Positions 1 through 12,200 of a stretch of 64,000 bases of DNA are shown here, piece by piece; positions within the stretch are counted from its first letter, which is position 1; every line of letters begins with the position of its first letter. The notes below the pieces were generated by a model, which made no database searches, was not told where the DNA came from, and saw only the letters and a list, made by a program, of their open reading frames with translations. The position numbers and the translations under genes are program-made. The stretch is from Salpingoeca rosetta (lineage: Eukaryota > Protista > Choanoflagellata), in assembly GCA_033442325.1 (NCBI GenBank), contig JAWQFM010000003.1, positions 346,724 to 410,723 on the forward strand, read 5' to 3'.

Positions 1-2
1 AC

Positions 3-1385
3 ATGTGCCGGCTGCTGGGCAAGCCGATGGAGAAGCACGCGGACGACCTGGTGGCCGCGGTGCTTGTGAAGGCCGGCGCAGAGGCAAGCGTGTTCATCAA
101 GGAGGACGCAGAGGCTGCGCTGATGAGCGTGGTGGACTCGCTGTCGCCATTCAAGGTCGTTGCCGCGCTGCTGCCAAACACGGAGCACAAGAACAAGGAG
201 GTTCGACGCATGAGCTCGCGGCTGTTGATGCCGGCGCTGGAGACGGCGGGCCCCAAGATGCTCTCACACCGGGAAGCGCCGCACCTGCTGCGGAGAATGG
301 CCAAGCTGGTCTCGGACGGGGACCAGGAGACGCGGTACAACGCGCGGCTGCTGACCAACGAGCTCATGGGGTTTGACGACTGCGAGAAGGCGATTCAGCG
401 GCACCTGGAGGGCCGGCCGCAGCGCGATCTCCTGTCTGCGTGTGACATGATCCGCAAGAAGGGCGTTGGGCAGCCGCCCATGGCCGCCACGCACCGCGGC
501 ACCACCAACCTCGGCAACACCACGCGCGGCGCGGCACGGTCCCGCAAGTCGTCGCAGTCGTCCAACACCAGCGGCACGGCAACGCCGAGCGTCCCTGCCA
601 GCGCCAACGTGTCCACCATGTCTGCCGGTGGCGCGCGCACGCCGGGCGGGTCCATCTCTGCCACGCCGCGGCGCACGTCACGGGCAGCGCGCACCAAGTC
701 CTCCGCCGTGCAGGCTGCGACGCCCTTCAAGACGGCGGGTGGGGATGACCTGCTCAAGGTGCTGGGCAAGGATATGGCCTCGTCGGACTGGAAGACGCGG
801 GAAAAGGCCATCGGCAAGCTGCAGGAGCTGGTGCTGGGGTCGCCGGGGAAATTTGTTGGGTCGGCGACGAACGTGTTCTTTGACTTCGTGCCGCGGCTCC
901 AGGACAGCAACAGCAAGGTGAACGTGGCTGCGCTCAAGTCGCTGGTGCAGATGCTGCCCCTGCTGCCGGATGCGCTGGACATGGTCATGTCGGAGCTGCT
1001 GTCGTCGCTGTTTCTGGGCCTGGCGTCGAAGAACGGCACCATCAAGGGGCTGACGCAGGATGCGGTGCACCTGCTGGTCATCACCATTAACCCCGCGCAT
1101 GTGGCGCAGCCGTTTATGACCACCATGCAGTCGTCCAACAGCGTGGTGAAGGAGGCGCTTGTGCCGCACCTCGTTGGCTTCATCCCCAGGTGCGCCGATG
1201 CCAGCACGAAGACGCTGCAGCGGTATGTTGTTGCGGGCTGCATCAAGCTCATGCGCGATAACAAGCTGAGCCAGAAGCTTGCGCCCGTGTGGTCTGCGCT
1301 CTACGCGGTGCTTGGCGATGCCATGTACAAGCCCAAGGCGTTTACGCCGGCACTCACGTCCCAGGTGCAGTCTCTCATCTCCTAA
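3..1385 (+). CDS. TOG-array regulator of axonemal microtubules (TOGARAM/FAM179/crescerin-like), 3' part; gene starts upstream of the window
   Basis: Two HEAT/TOG-like helical domains joined by an S/T/R-rich linker. Motifs HKNKEVRR, GDQETRYNAR, SSDWKTREKAI and RLQDSNSKVNVAALKSL resemble the last TOG domains of the FAM179/TOGARAM (CLASP-related) family. Stop TAA ends at 1385. Confidence 0.7.
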   Translation: MCRLLGKPMEKHADDLVAAVLVKAGAEASVFIKEDAEAALMSVVDSLSPFKVVAALLPNTEHKNKEVRRMSSRLLMPALETAGPKMLSHREAPHLLRRMAKLVSDGDQETRYNARLLTNELMGFDDCEKAIQRHLEGRPQRDLLSACDMIRKKGVGQPPMAATHRGTTNLGNTTRGAARSRKSSQSSNTSGTATPSVPASANVSTMSAGGARTPGGSISATPRRTSRAARTKSSAVQAATPFKTAGGDDLLKVLGKDMASSDWKTREKAIGKLQELVLGSPGKFVGSATNVFFDFVPRLQDSNSKVNVAALKSLVQMLPLLPDALDMVMSELLSSLFLGLASKNGTIKGLTQDAVHLLVITINPAHVAQPFMTTMQSSNSVVKEALVPHLVGFIPRCADASTKTLQRYVVAGCIKLMRDNKLSQKLAPVWSALYAVLGDAMYKPKAFTPALTSQVQSLIS

Positions 1386-2206
1386 GCGTTCGCAGGAGCT
1401 GCTTGGTTGGAGGTGGCTGCTGCTTGCGCTGTGGGAAACGGGGCACACTTGCCGTGCTTGTGCTTGTGCTTGTGCTTGTGTTTGTGCTCGTGCACTGCTT
1501 GTGTGCTTGTGCTCGCACTGCATGATGGTAGATCGATAGTGTGGGGGACGGGGAGGGGACAGAGACAGAGAGCGAGAGAGAGAGAGAGGGGGGGGGGGAG
1601 AATGGCCTTTTTGGCCAGAGGTGGCTCGTTGTTTGGGATTGTGAGTGCCAGTGCATTTCTGCTGCCTTTTGTTTGTGCATAATCATAACCAAGTTGACCC
1701 TGCTTCTATTTCGTCTGGGTCTGCGCCCTGCTTTTGTGCTGTGTACATACTCCTCCTTTAAGTGGAGCCAGACATTGAGCGTGGTTGCTCTGGACAACCA
1801 ACACCAATAGATACATCTGCGAACCCACACGAAGTTTGGCCATGCGCTGTGTTGTTTGGTGTGGGGTTGTTTGTTGTTTATACGAATTTGCGTTTGTGTG
1901 ACGAGCGAGGAGCTGCATCAGGATTGGGATGATGCTAACGGAGTTCACATGCGTGTACACGTGCAGAGGACATGTGTGTGTGCACGAGATTCAGTTGGTG
2001 CACACAACAACAAGAACAACAAAGAACAACAACAACAACAAAAGTTGGCGGCGCAGCTACCATCGATAATTGGTGAATATCTTGGTGATGATGCTGTGAC
2101 TGCGATTTGCGTTGCTGCCAACCAAAATTCTAGCCAAAAAAATAAACTGCCAACCAACACCCCACTCAAATCCACCGAACAAGACAGACAGCGACGACGC
2201 GATACA

Positions 2207-3264
2207 ATGGCTGAACACGTCGCACAGCAGCCAGCGCCGCAGCAGCAGCAGCAGCAAGGGGAGGGTGGGTTGTCGCAGCACCAGCTCTCTGCCGTGCGTC
2301 CAGGTATGATGCCTTCAGGGACCCCGTACTCCTCGTCGGCTGTGCCGCAGTCCCACCTGCAGCAGCTGCAGCAACAAGAGCAACAAGAGCAACAGCAGCA
2401 ACAGCAGCATACACAGCATGCGAGAACACAGCCACCAACACAGCCAGCACAGCAATCTGCGCAGCAGGACCAGGGCGCCCACAGCTCTGCTGCAACGGCA
2501 CCACCAAAGGAAGCAGACGCGGATGCGGAAATTAAGGCCAGCATCGAGAAGTTCAAGGAAGACCCAGCTCTTGTCTTTGAGCTGGCGCTGCTCTTCTACA
2601 GAACAAGTCAGCCACATACATGCCTGTGTTCCCGTGTGTCTTCCCGTGTATGTTTGTGTGTGCATGAGTGTGCTTAAGCGGCTGGTTGTCAGCATGTTTG
2701 TGAGCTGTGTGTGCGTGCGTGTGTGTGTGCGTGTGTGCGTGTGTGCGTGTTGTGACCTCTCGCGCGCGCAGTCTCTCCCTCTGTATGTGTACATGCGTGA
2801 ACCGGCCACTCCACACCACCCATCCTCACTCCAACTCACACCACACGATGACACCCACACATCGCTCTTGCCCCTCAAAGACAAAGGCAACTTGAACTTT
2901 GATTACGACACCAAGATTGATCTCGCTGCCCTCTACAAACAGTCGACGATTGGCCCGTACGTCTCCTCGCGCCTTTGTGCGTGTGCGTGTTGTTTGCACC
3001 CACATTGCTGAATGTGCTCACTGACTTCACCTCCCCCAAACTGTTTCCCCACGTGCCATCCACCCAACCCCCACTCACACACTTCTCACTCGCCATCCCG
3101 CACGCTGTCTTGGATGACATGTCTTCAGATATGACCCAGACAAACACGAGGCGCCCGGGTTCTTTGACTTTGTCGGGAAGGACAGAGTGTAAGTCCCTGC
3201 CTGATCGCTTGGTTTGCGGTACTGCTGTTACCGTGGGAGCAATTGTCCTTTTTTCCCCACCACT

Positions 3265-3340
<76 letters not shown>

Positions 3341-3853
3341 GCGCGCGCACACACACACGCACACACATATGTTCGTGCCCGCAGCATGGTTGTTGTTGCA
3401 AATCGCACTGCTCATGCTGGCTTTCCTCCCTCCCCTTACCTTCCCTCCGTCCCTCCCTTCCTTTCTTTGTCCCAAAACAACGTGACAACGACCCACAGGG
3501 CTGCGTGGAAGGCGCTCGCTGGGCTGGACGAGGACACAGCGCGTGCCGCATTCTGCGAGCTGCTGAAGGAGAAGGAGGAGGGGTTTGGCCCCTGGTTTGA
3601 CGCCCGCCTGGCCGCCAAGGCAGAGCGGGAGAGGAAAGAGCGGCTGGAGCGCGAACGACAGGAGAGGGAGCGACAGGAACGCGAGCGGTTGGAGAAAGAG
3701 AGGCAGGAACGTGAGCGGTTGGAACGCGAGCGAGCACTCAGGGAACAGGAGGCACAGCGGGCACTGCTTGCAGCACAGCAACAGCGGCAGCACCAGCTCA
3801 GACAACAACAGACCGCATACATGCAGCAGCAGCAACAAGCGCAAGCCACAGCA

Positions 3854-3893
<40 letters not shown>

Positions 3894-4396
3894 GGGAGGC
3901 TGGCGATGACTCACAGCAGACAGCATCACAAACAGCAACGTCGATGCACCGCAAGGCAACGGAGCTTCCTATCCCCGTGGATGCGGAGGGCCGCGTGCCG
4001 GCGGACAAGACGCAGCTGCTGGCAAGCGAGGAGTATCTGGCGTCGTTCAGGGACGCGATGAAAGGCAACCCTGACAGCGAGGCCGTCGTGAGCAACGGAG
4101 AGGTGCTGACGGTGCGCGTGCCAAAGCCGTTTGACGGCAACACGCGCATTGTGTGGCAGTTTTGCACGGAGGGCAATGACATCTCCTTTGGCGTCGACTA
4201 CGAGACAAAGGCCGAGGACGGCACCGTGCACTGTGAGACAGTGCTGCCCGTCATGCGCACAAACGCACACACGCAGGTGGTCACCGGCAGTCACGTTGCG
4301 CCCACTGCCGGCACGTGGCTGCTTCGCTTTGACAACTCGTACTCGTACTTCCGCTCAAAGACAGTCTTCTACCGCGTCGTCTGTTACAACATCTAG
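2207..4396 (+). CDS. ACBD3: Golgi-resident acyl-CoA-binding protein ACBD3/GCP60; exons 2207-2606, 2881-2956, 3129-3188, 3499-4396
   Basis: Spliced translation across GT-AG introns gives an ACB domain (ELALLFY..LNFDYDTKIDLAALYKQSTIGPYDPDKHEAPGFFDFVGKDRVAAWKAL), an E/R coiled coil, a Q-rich tract and a C-terminal GOLD domain (VSNGEVLTVRVP..IVWQFCT..DISFGV..GTWLLRFDNSYSYFRSKTVFYRV). This is the GCP60 domain order. Confidence 0.9.
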
Positions 4397-4506
4397 ATTG
4401 CGCAACCGTGCGCATGGTGACGCTGTTGTGTATTTGTGTGGTTCATTTGTTGTGTGTGTGTGTGTGTGTGTGTGGTGAATCTGGTGTGGATTTGTGTGGT
4501 GAATCT

Positions 4507-4574
<68 letters not shown>

Positions 4575-5220
4575 CATGCTGCGTACTGTTTGTGCGTGCA
4601 CACCCTTTACCTGAAGTGCAGCTACTCGTGGGTCGTGCATCTGTTGGGCAAACTTGTGATGTGTTGTTCCGTTAGGTTTGGAATTGCGGTTTGATTGTTA
4701 TGTCTTGTGCAGTTTGGATGTTTCATTTTGCTGTTTCTTGTTCACATCACTGCGTTGTTGCCATTGATGGTGATGGCGGAGACCCTCCGCATTAGCCGGT
4801 CATGTGTCATCTCACTCTCTTCCTTGTTCTTGCCCATTTTGTTGCACTTGTTGCCTGCAAGCACACGGAACTTGCGTTGACACCTGTTTTGTTGCTGGCC
4901 TGTCTGGCCCTTTCCATTTAAATGCGCGAAAGATAACACACGGTGTCTGGAGGTGTGCACGATAGGCTATCCTACAAGTAACTCACACATGTGTTCGCTC
5001 ACACACACACGCCTGGAACTGAGAAGTGTAACAGCACGCAGTCGGAGAACGTGCACTGCACACGGAAAAAAAAAAAAAAAAGACAGGAGTCAGGGAAAAA
5101 AGAAGAGTGAAATCGTATGTTACTCCCAGCACAAACTAGCGTTCCACGCAATCACCCAATCACGCACACACACATACACACATAGACACATACCACATGA
5201 CACACACACACACCACACAG

Positions 5221-7240
5221 TCAAAACATGTGCCTTGAGGTGTGTGCGATGCTGTGTGGGGCAGAGGAGTAGATGCTGTTCCGAGATGGACCTGTGGTCG
5301 TTGCTGCTGTCACGGATAAGGACGATGCTGGAAGCGCGCCGTGCCGTGGCGACTGCGCGATGGACGACAGCGACGATCTTGCAGCCGAGGCGACAGAGGT
5401 GGTGCTGAGGCCGCTTGCTGACGCATGACGCGGGCGGTGGTGCTGTGAACGATGATGGTGGTGGTGGTGGTGGTGGTGGCGGCGGGTGGAGGAGGTGTGT
5501 GTCGCCACGGCCGATGTCATTGTTGCTGCCGATGATGGGGAAGACGACACCCAACGGCAGCTGCTGGTGCGCATCGGTGATGATGACGAACCACGCGGCC
5601 GACCACGCCGTCCCGTGCCGCTGCTGGTGTCGCTGTTGGTGTTGGTTGTGTGTCTGCGACCTCGACTGGAGGTGCTGTTGTCGTTGTTGTCGTTGTTCTT
5701 GCTGCGGTGCCGATGGTTGCGATGGGAGTGGTGGTGGTGGTGATCGTGGCCTTCGTTGTGTGTTGCGCGCATGCTGCCAAGGAACAGGCCTGGGTCCTGC
5801 GTGATGCTCGAATAACGCGTCAACACCCGCTCCAGCTCCTCCTCCCTGCAACGTGAACGAGCGACAGGAGCGTGCAGTGAGGGTGCTCCAAGTTAAGGGG
5901 AGACGCGTGCGTGTGTGCGTGCGTGCGTGCGTGTGTGTGTGTGTCTGTCTCACTCAATGACTCAGTGACTCAGTCACTCAGTCACCCAGTGACTCAGTTA
6001 GTCAGTCAGTCAGTCAGTCAGTCACTCACTCACTCACTCACTCACACACTCTCTGTGCTACCTTGCGAGCTGAAGAAAGAGCTGAAAGTCGGAAGATGGT
6101 GTGCTGACCTGAAACGCAAAGCCAGTGACAAATCGACAATGTGAGACGCTCGGAATGGGAACAGGCAAGAGGGTGTGTGTGCGCGCGTGTGTATGTGTAT
6201 GTGTGTGTGTGTGTTGCATGGATAGGTACTTGTGGGGAAGAGGAGAGAAGCGGCCCAGAATTGGCGTCGTCCGACATCACGCGCAGCCGTCGTGTCTCAA
6301 GCGTGTACAGCTCAATAAACTCCGTAAGCTTGCTCACAAGCGAGCGTTGTCTGCCACACACAGAAACACACGCGTGGAAGAATTGCCGATCAGCGAAGCC
6401 ACATAGATACGCAGTGATGATGCGTGCACAATCACCACACCACACACACACCCACACACACACACACACACGCACACACATACACATATGCACACACATA
6501 CACATACACATACACGCACACACACGCACACACACATGCGCATGCACACACGCGCACACATGCAAACATGCACGTGCAAACGCACACATGTGTACGTGCG
6601 ACCCAACCTATCACGAAGGGCCATCTCAGGATCAAAGGGGCGCAGGCGAAACGTGCCAACGGGCAAATGTTTCACAGCGCGTTGCAAGAACGCTGCCACA
6701 AGGTCCACTTGCTGCAGCCGCTGCTTTCGGTCTCGCGAGGAGGACTCAGCTGTGTTGATCACAGAGACCGTGGCAAAGTGAGATGGGGGTTGGTTGGTTG
6801 GTTGGTTGGTTGGTTGGTTGGTTGGTTGTTAGCGACGGCGCAGGCAGAGTGGAAAGGTCCCATTCTGCACGCCAAGCGCAGCAACAAAACCACCAGGGGC
6901 AGAGGGCATCAACAACAGCACAAAGACTGAACAACCGAAGGAAAGAAGGAAAGAAGGAAAGAGCCAGCGACCAAAAAACAAACCAATCACGCGTACTCAC
7001 TCACCCGTCCTGCTTTCACCAAGAATGCGGTCGCGCATGCGTTTCAAATATTCTGCAAATGCGTCGCGGGCCTGCAGTGGCCTGTCAGCATGTACAGCAG
7101 CGAATACAGCATGTGCAACGTGTTATGGTCATGGAAAGTCACACGCAAACACTCTTACCCATCCTCGCACACAGGCAAACACACACAGAGCAATGTGCAC
7201 CACACACACACACACACACACATAAAACACACCACGCATG

Positions 7241-7292
<52 letters not shown>

Positions 7293-8488
7293 TGCGTCAC
7301 ATGGACTCACGTGAGCTCGTGCTGGTACTCGAGTGTTGGGGAGGGACTGCGTTTGTGGCGGGAAGAGGATGAAGACGACCGAAATGGGTTTCGATGTCTC
7401 GAGGATGTGCTTGCATCACTACGGCCTCGGCTTGCATCATCGCCACCATCGCCGTCTGTACGTGTACTTCGTGCTGCGCCCTTGGTGGACGTGGCCTCAT
7501 TCCTCTCCTCCCCACTTCCGGCGCCACGCGTGCGCGTTTGCTCATCAGCATGAGTGCGCCGGCGACCGGCATCACTCCGTCCCGCCTGTGGGCGCCGCAG
7601 CGACTTTGGAGCAGTGACCTCACACTCCACCATCTTCCAAGGTGACGTGTAGAGGACATGTTGCAGCAATTGCACGTGTGCGTGTGCGTGCGTGTGCACA
7701 TGTGAGCAACCACGTGGACTTGTGTTTGCGTGTCAGCAATTCATTGCGAAGGCGCAGACCGCATCCAACATCTCCTCACTCGCGCATCAGAAAACACACG
7801 CACACACATATACACACGTTCACGCACAGATTGTGCTCGAGTGTACTCACGTCTTGTTCCTCATCGTCATCGTCGCCCCTGGCGCTTGATCTGCGGTCCT
7901 GGGCCGTCGCCTTGGTCCTGTTCTGCGTTTTCTTCTTCTTCTTCTTCCCACCATGCCGCCTCGTTGTGCTTCTGTTGCGGTTGGCAAGCATGCGCATGTA
8001 CTTCTTGCAGCGCTGCCGCAGCTCCGCCGTCACCAGCGGTTCCGGTGCTGTTCGCCCGTGGCGCGACACAACCGCCCGACGCGCGGGCGTACGGTGGCTG
8101 GTGTGCATGCGGTGGCACGTGCGGGTGTAAGAGGGCGACGGCACGGGTGTTGTGTGTGTGCGTGTGTGTGTGTGCGTGTGTGTGTGTGCGTGTGTGTTGT
8201 GGGTGATGTGTGTGTGTGAGTGTGTGTTGTGGATGTGTGTATGTGTGTGCGTGCGTGTGTGTGTGCGCGCGCGTGTGTGTGTGCTTGTGTGTAGCAGGGT
8301 CCACTCCATCCCAGCTCACCTCTGCGGATACAGAAACTGCGAGAGCATGAGGTTGTTGCCGCTACTGTCTTCAAGAAGGAATCTGGTGTCGTACGCAGGG
8401 TAAATGAGTCAGAACGAGCGGCATAACCAACAAGGGTGCCATGCACTCACAAGGCGAAGTACGCAACCCTACAAACACAGACAAAGAT

Positions 8489-8531
<43 letters not shown>

Positions 8532-11500
8532 AACCCGTATTGCTGCCATGACGCTTCGCTCGGGAAAATGCGGGAAAATCCGTTGAATTGAACCGTCACC
8601 TCTTCTTCAATCGTTCGCCTACAATTGATACATGCACACGAGTCAACGCGTGTGGATGGGAAGGAACACGGAGGGCACAGCAGCGTTGGGCAGGTGGTGC
8701 GCAGTAGAGTGAGCCACACACACACACAAACACACACACACACACATACACGCACGTACACACGCACCACGTGTGACCGCATAGACCCATGCAAACACAC
8801 ACACACACACACGCATGCAAACGCATGTAAACGCATGTAAACGCAATTACACACACATGCACACGCATGCAAACCACATGCACACTCCCTGACTGCTGAC
8901 CTGATGATGGTTCGCTTGTCTGGGGAATAGCCGCGAAGATCAGGCCAGGAGATGTTGAGCACGGGCATGCTCTTGGGCACCTTCATCTTGCGTGGCTGCA
9001 CAGATAGATGGGGCCAGCAGCACACATGTGAGATGAGGTTTGAACAGCAGCATTCGTGCAAAAATGCACGACGCAAAGAGAGCAACAGCAGCAACCACAA
9101 GCAGCAGCAGGAGCAGTTGGTGACTCTCGCTTCTGCCGACGACAACACAACTGAGACACCCTCCCCCCTACACCCCCCCCCCCCTACGTTTGCTTGCACC
9201 GACCTTGTATGCGCCAATCCTGCGCCGCCGCATTTCGTCACGAAAGACGGCCGGGTCAAACAGGGCCACCTGGCCCAAACTGAGGAAATCAGCAATCAAA
9301 TGCGTTTTGAGCTTGAGGTCAAGTGGAGCGTCGCAGCCAAGCGAGGGGGACAGGTTCACCTCCAGCAGCCAGGGTTTCAAGTCGCCGTCCACGAGAATGT
9401 CAAACCCATACAGCTCAAAGCAGTTGTGCGGGTGCGGAACAAAGGACCGGACGGCCGCAGCGATGGGCAGCTCGCCGGCAATGACTGTTTTGATGATGAG
9501 CTCCTCGATGCGAGCCATGAGCACGTGCACGTCAATGTCAGCGCGGGCGAGGTGTCGCAGCAGCGCACTCAGGCTCCACTTGTTGCCGTAGTCCTCAACA
9601 TCCTCCTCATCGCACACGACGTAGTTGTCGCTGTGCTTGTTCAGGCTGTAGTTGGTGAGGTGCATGTAGGTGTTGAAGAGGTTGGGCTTGCTTGCGTCAT
9701 ACTTGGTCGTGGCAAACCTGGCCAGGCCGTCCTCGTAGAGATAAATGCGCAGGGGATCGTAGCTCGTCACCGCCACATACACGCGAAGGTCAAACTTGAA
9801 CCCGTCCACCAGCAGGGGGTTGTCAATGTACTGCGAGAGCACGAGCGTTGTGTCGACGGGCAGCTGCTTCGGGTGGTTGATGAGGAAGATGCCTTTACCC
9901 TGGGAGCTCGCTGCCGGCTTTGCAATCCACGATCCGCGCTCGCGTGCCCAGTCTGCATAGAACTCGTCGTGCTCGGCAGGCAACAGGTACGTGCGCGGGA
10001 GGAACTGGAAGTGGCGGCGGCCCTTGACCTGCTGCATGCGCTGGATGTTCACGTGCAGCCGGTCCTTGCGTGTCAGCTCGTACGAGCGGGGGAAGTGGTT
10101 CACCTTCTGGTGCGGGTTCAGCAGCTTGAGCTGGTGCGGCTGCATGTGTGTGGACGACCACATGAGGTTGAAGTCCACGCTCGTCTCCGGCACCTCAACA
10201 AACCCGTGCTGCGTGAGCGTGGCGCGGATGAGCCGTGTGCGCGCCTTGACCAGCTTGAATGCAAGCATACACCCCGACACCTCCACCGCGTCGTGTCCGA
10301 CAATGTCCAGGGCCGTCACCGGGTGGAATCGCAGCACAGGCCGCCGCCTCCCCGATATTTTCACCACGATTGGCGCTCCTTTCGTGTGCACATATCCACC
10401 CAGCTCTGCTGTATCATCATCATCATCGTCATCGTCGCCATCGTCATCATCGTCGTCGTCATGGCTTTCCTCGCCTTCATACTCTTCTCCTTCTTCGGAT
10501 GCATCGCTACTGTCAACACCACCACCACCACCATCCCTATGCCCGTGGCCATCATTGGACAGCTGCCTGTTGCGGCGGCCACTGCTGTTGTGATTGCTGC
10601 GGCGCTTGGTGGTGGAGGTCCTGGTGCTGCCCTTGGACGCAGCACCGGACCTCACTTGCTTCTGCTCCACCCTCTGAGCTCTGCCGTTGTTTGCCAATGT
10701 ACTTTGCGACCGCAGTGACGCTGGCATTGCCGTTGCTGATGGAGCAGGCGCTGTCATCGCGGGGGTGGCACGACCGCTCGCGTCGCGACTGGATGAGGAC
10801 GACGACGATGTCCGCGACTTTGGGCCACGCACACGCGCCGATGACGAGGCAGACGGCGATTGCAGCTTCTGCTTCTGTCGACGATTGATTCGCCCGGGGT
10901 CTTGCGTTTTGGCCGCAGAGAAGGCGGCGGAGGCCGGCCTTGACTGAAGCGATACGGCCGACCCGCGCCCACTGGAGCTTCCGCTCGCCGAGGCTTTGTT
11001 CCTGCTGCTGTTCCTGCTGCTGTTCCTGCTGCTGTTCCTGCTGCTGCTGTTGCTTCTGCTATCTTCGCTCTTGCCGTCGATCTGGGTGGTGCTGGAACGG
11101 CCACCACTTGTTGTCGGGGTCACGGCATGCCTTGGTCTATCCGCATTCTTGCTTGTTGGCTTGTGTGCTGTGTTTGCGGTGCGTCTTCTCGCGGTGGCGC
11201 GAGGGGTCCACATGGGTGACCGCTGCGTCCAGTGGTCCGAGTATGATGTGTTCATGTCGTCATCAACAACGTCTTTGCCCTCGTCAAGGCCATCGCCATC
11301 ATCGCCAGCATAATATTCATGGTCAGAAGCATCGCCGTTGCCGTTGCTGTCGTCGTCGTCGTCGCCACTGATGGCTTGTCTCTCCAACCGAGACAGGAGA
11401 TCACCTGTGGCGGCGTCACTGCCGCTGCCTGCACCTTCCTCTTCATCCTCATCATCGGTATCCAAGCGCGAGGCATCGGCAACATCGGTGGCCGTGCCAC

Positions 11501-11771
11501 CGTCGTCGTTCATGGGAGAGCGGCCGGAAAGGGCTGGGCGGGTGCGTTGGGTGTGCTGGCCATGCTGGTAGCGTGAACTCGGCGCCACGGTGCGATGGTT
11601 GCCTGAGTTGTGTGGGCCGTGTCGTCGGTGTGTGCTGCTGACAGTGGACGCTGCCTGCCGATGTCGGGACGACGAAACAGTTAATCCTGCTGCTGTTGCT
11701 GATGGTGATGCTGCCGTAGACGCAGATCTGCGGGTGCGACCACCGCCAGCAGCAACAGCACTCGCAGGCAT
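5221..11771 (-). CDS. TTLL5: Tubulin polyglutamylase TTLL5-like; large first exon ~11771-9187, then several small exons down to a stop at ~5221
   Basis: TTL domain at ~10330-9260 with QKVNHFPRSYELTRKDRL, FKFDLRVYVAVTSYDPLRIYLYEDGLARFAT, MHLTNYSLNK, VEDYGNKWSLSALL and CFELYGFDILVDGDLKPWLLEVNLSPSLGCDAPLDLKLK, closely matching animal TTLL5. Long low-complexity N-terminus. The start codon and 3' exons are less certain. Confidence 0.88.
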
Positions 11772-11973
11772 CGTTGGCACCGGTCCAAGGGTCCAGGTCG
11801 CTGCATGCACCGCCAGCTCGTTGTTGGTTGGTTGGTTGGTTGGTGGCGTTTTGGGGTGCGCACACCACAAAAGGTAGTGAGGAAGGACTTCGCGTTTGTT
11901 TGTGTCTGCTGCTGTATGATGATCGACTGAGACTTCTTCTTCTTCTGCTGCTGCTGCTGCAACACCAACCGTG
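11772..11973. promoter_or_regulatory. Putative very compact bidirectional promoter / 5'UTR region, TTLL5 and PRPP synthase
   Basis: About 200 bp separate the two inferred divergent ATGs. No transcription start data. Confidence 0.45.
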
Positions 11974-12169
11974 ATGACGACGACGACACCGCCCGAGCGC
12001 GTTGAGAGCGATGTGGCGTACTTGGTGCCCAACTCCAGCGCAGATGTGCTGCTCTACTTCCACCCCACCATGAAGGAGGTGATGTGCGCGCGCGTGTGTG
12101 TTTCGGTATGTGTGTGTGTGTGTGTGTCGGTATGTGTGTGTGAGTGTGTGAGTGTGTGTGTGTGTGAGT

Positions 12170-12200
<31 letters not shown>

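Noticed and set aside
1784-1798. GTTGCTCTGGACAAC imperfect X-box-like palindrome
   Set aside because: Degenerate, downstream of the TOG gene and ~420 bp upstream of a non-ciliary gene; could be chance.
8952-10718. 588-aa + strand ORF
   Set aside because: Antisense shadow of the GC-rich TTLL5 exon, with no recognisable motifs. The same applies to 21954-23528(-), 35546-36796(-), 57015-58571(+) and 61308-62624(-).
10998-11050. 12-bp coding tandem repeat (RNSS)x4 in TTLL5, and poly-Q tracts in ACBD3, STK36 and usherin
   Set aside because: Ordinary slippage in disordered regions of a repeat-prone genome.
11772-12032. TTLL5 ORF extension overlapping the first PRPS exon
   Set aside because: Begins at a non-ATG codon and has UTR-like repeat composition; the first in-frame ATG is 11771.
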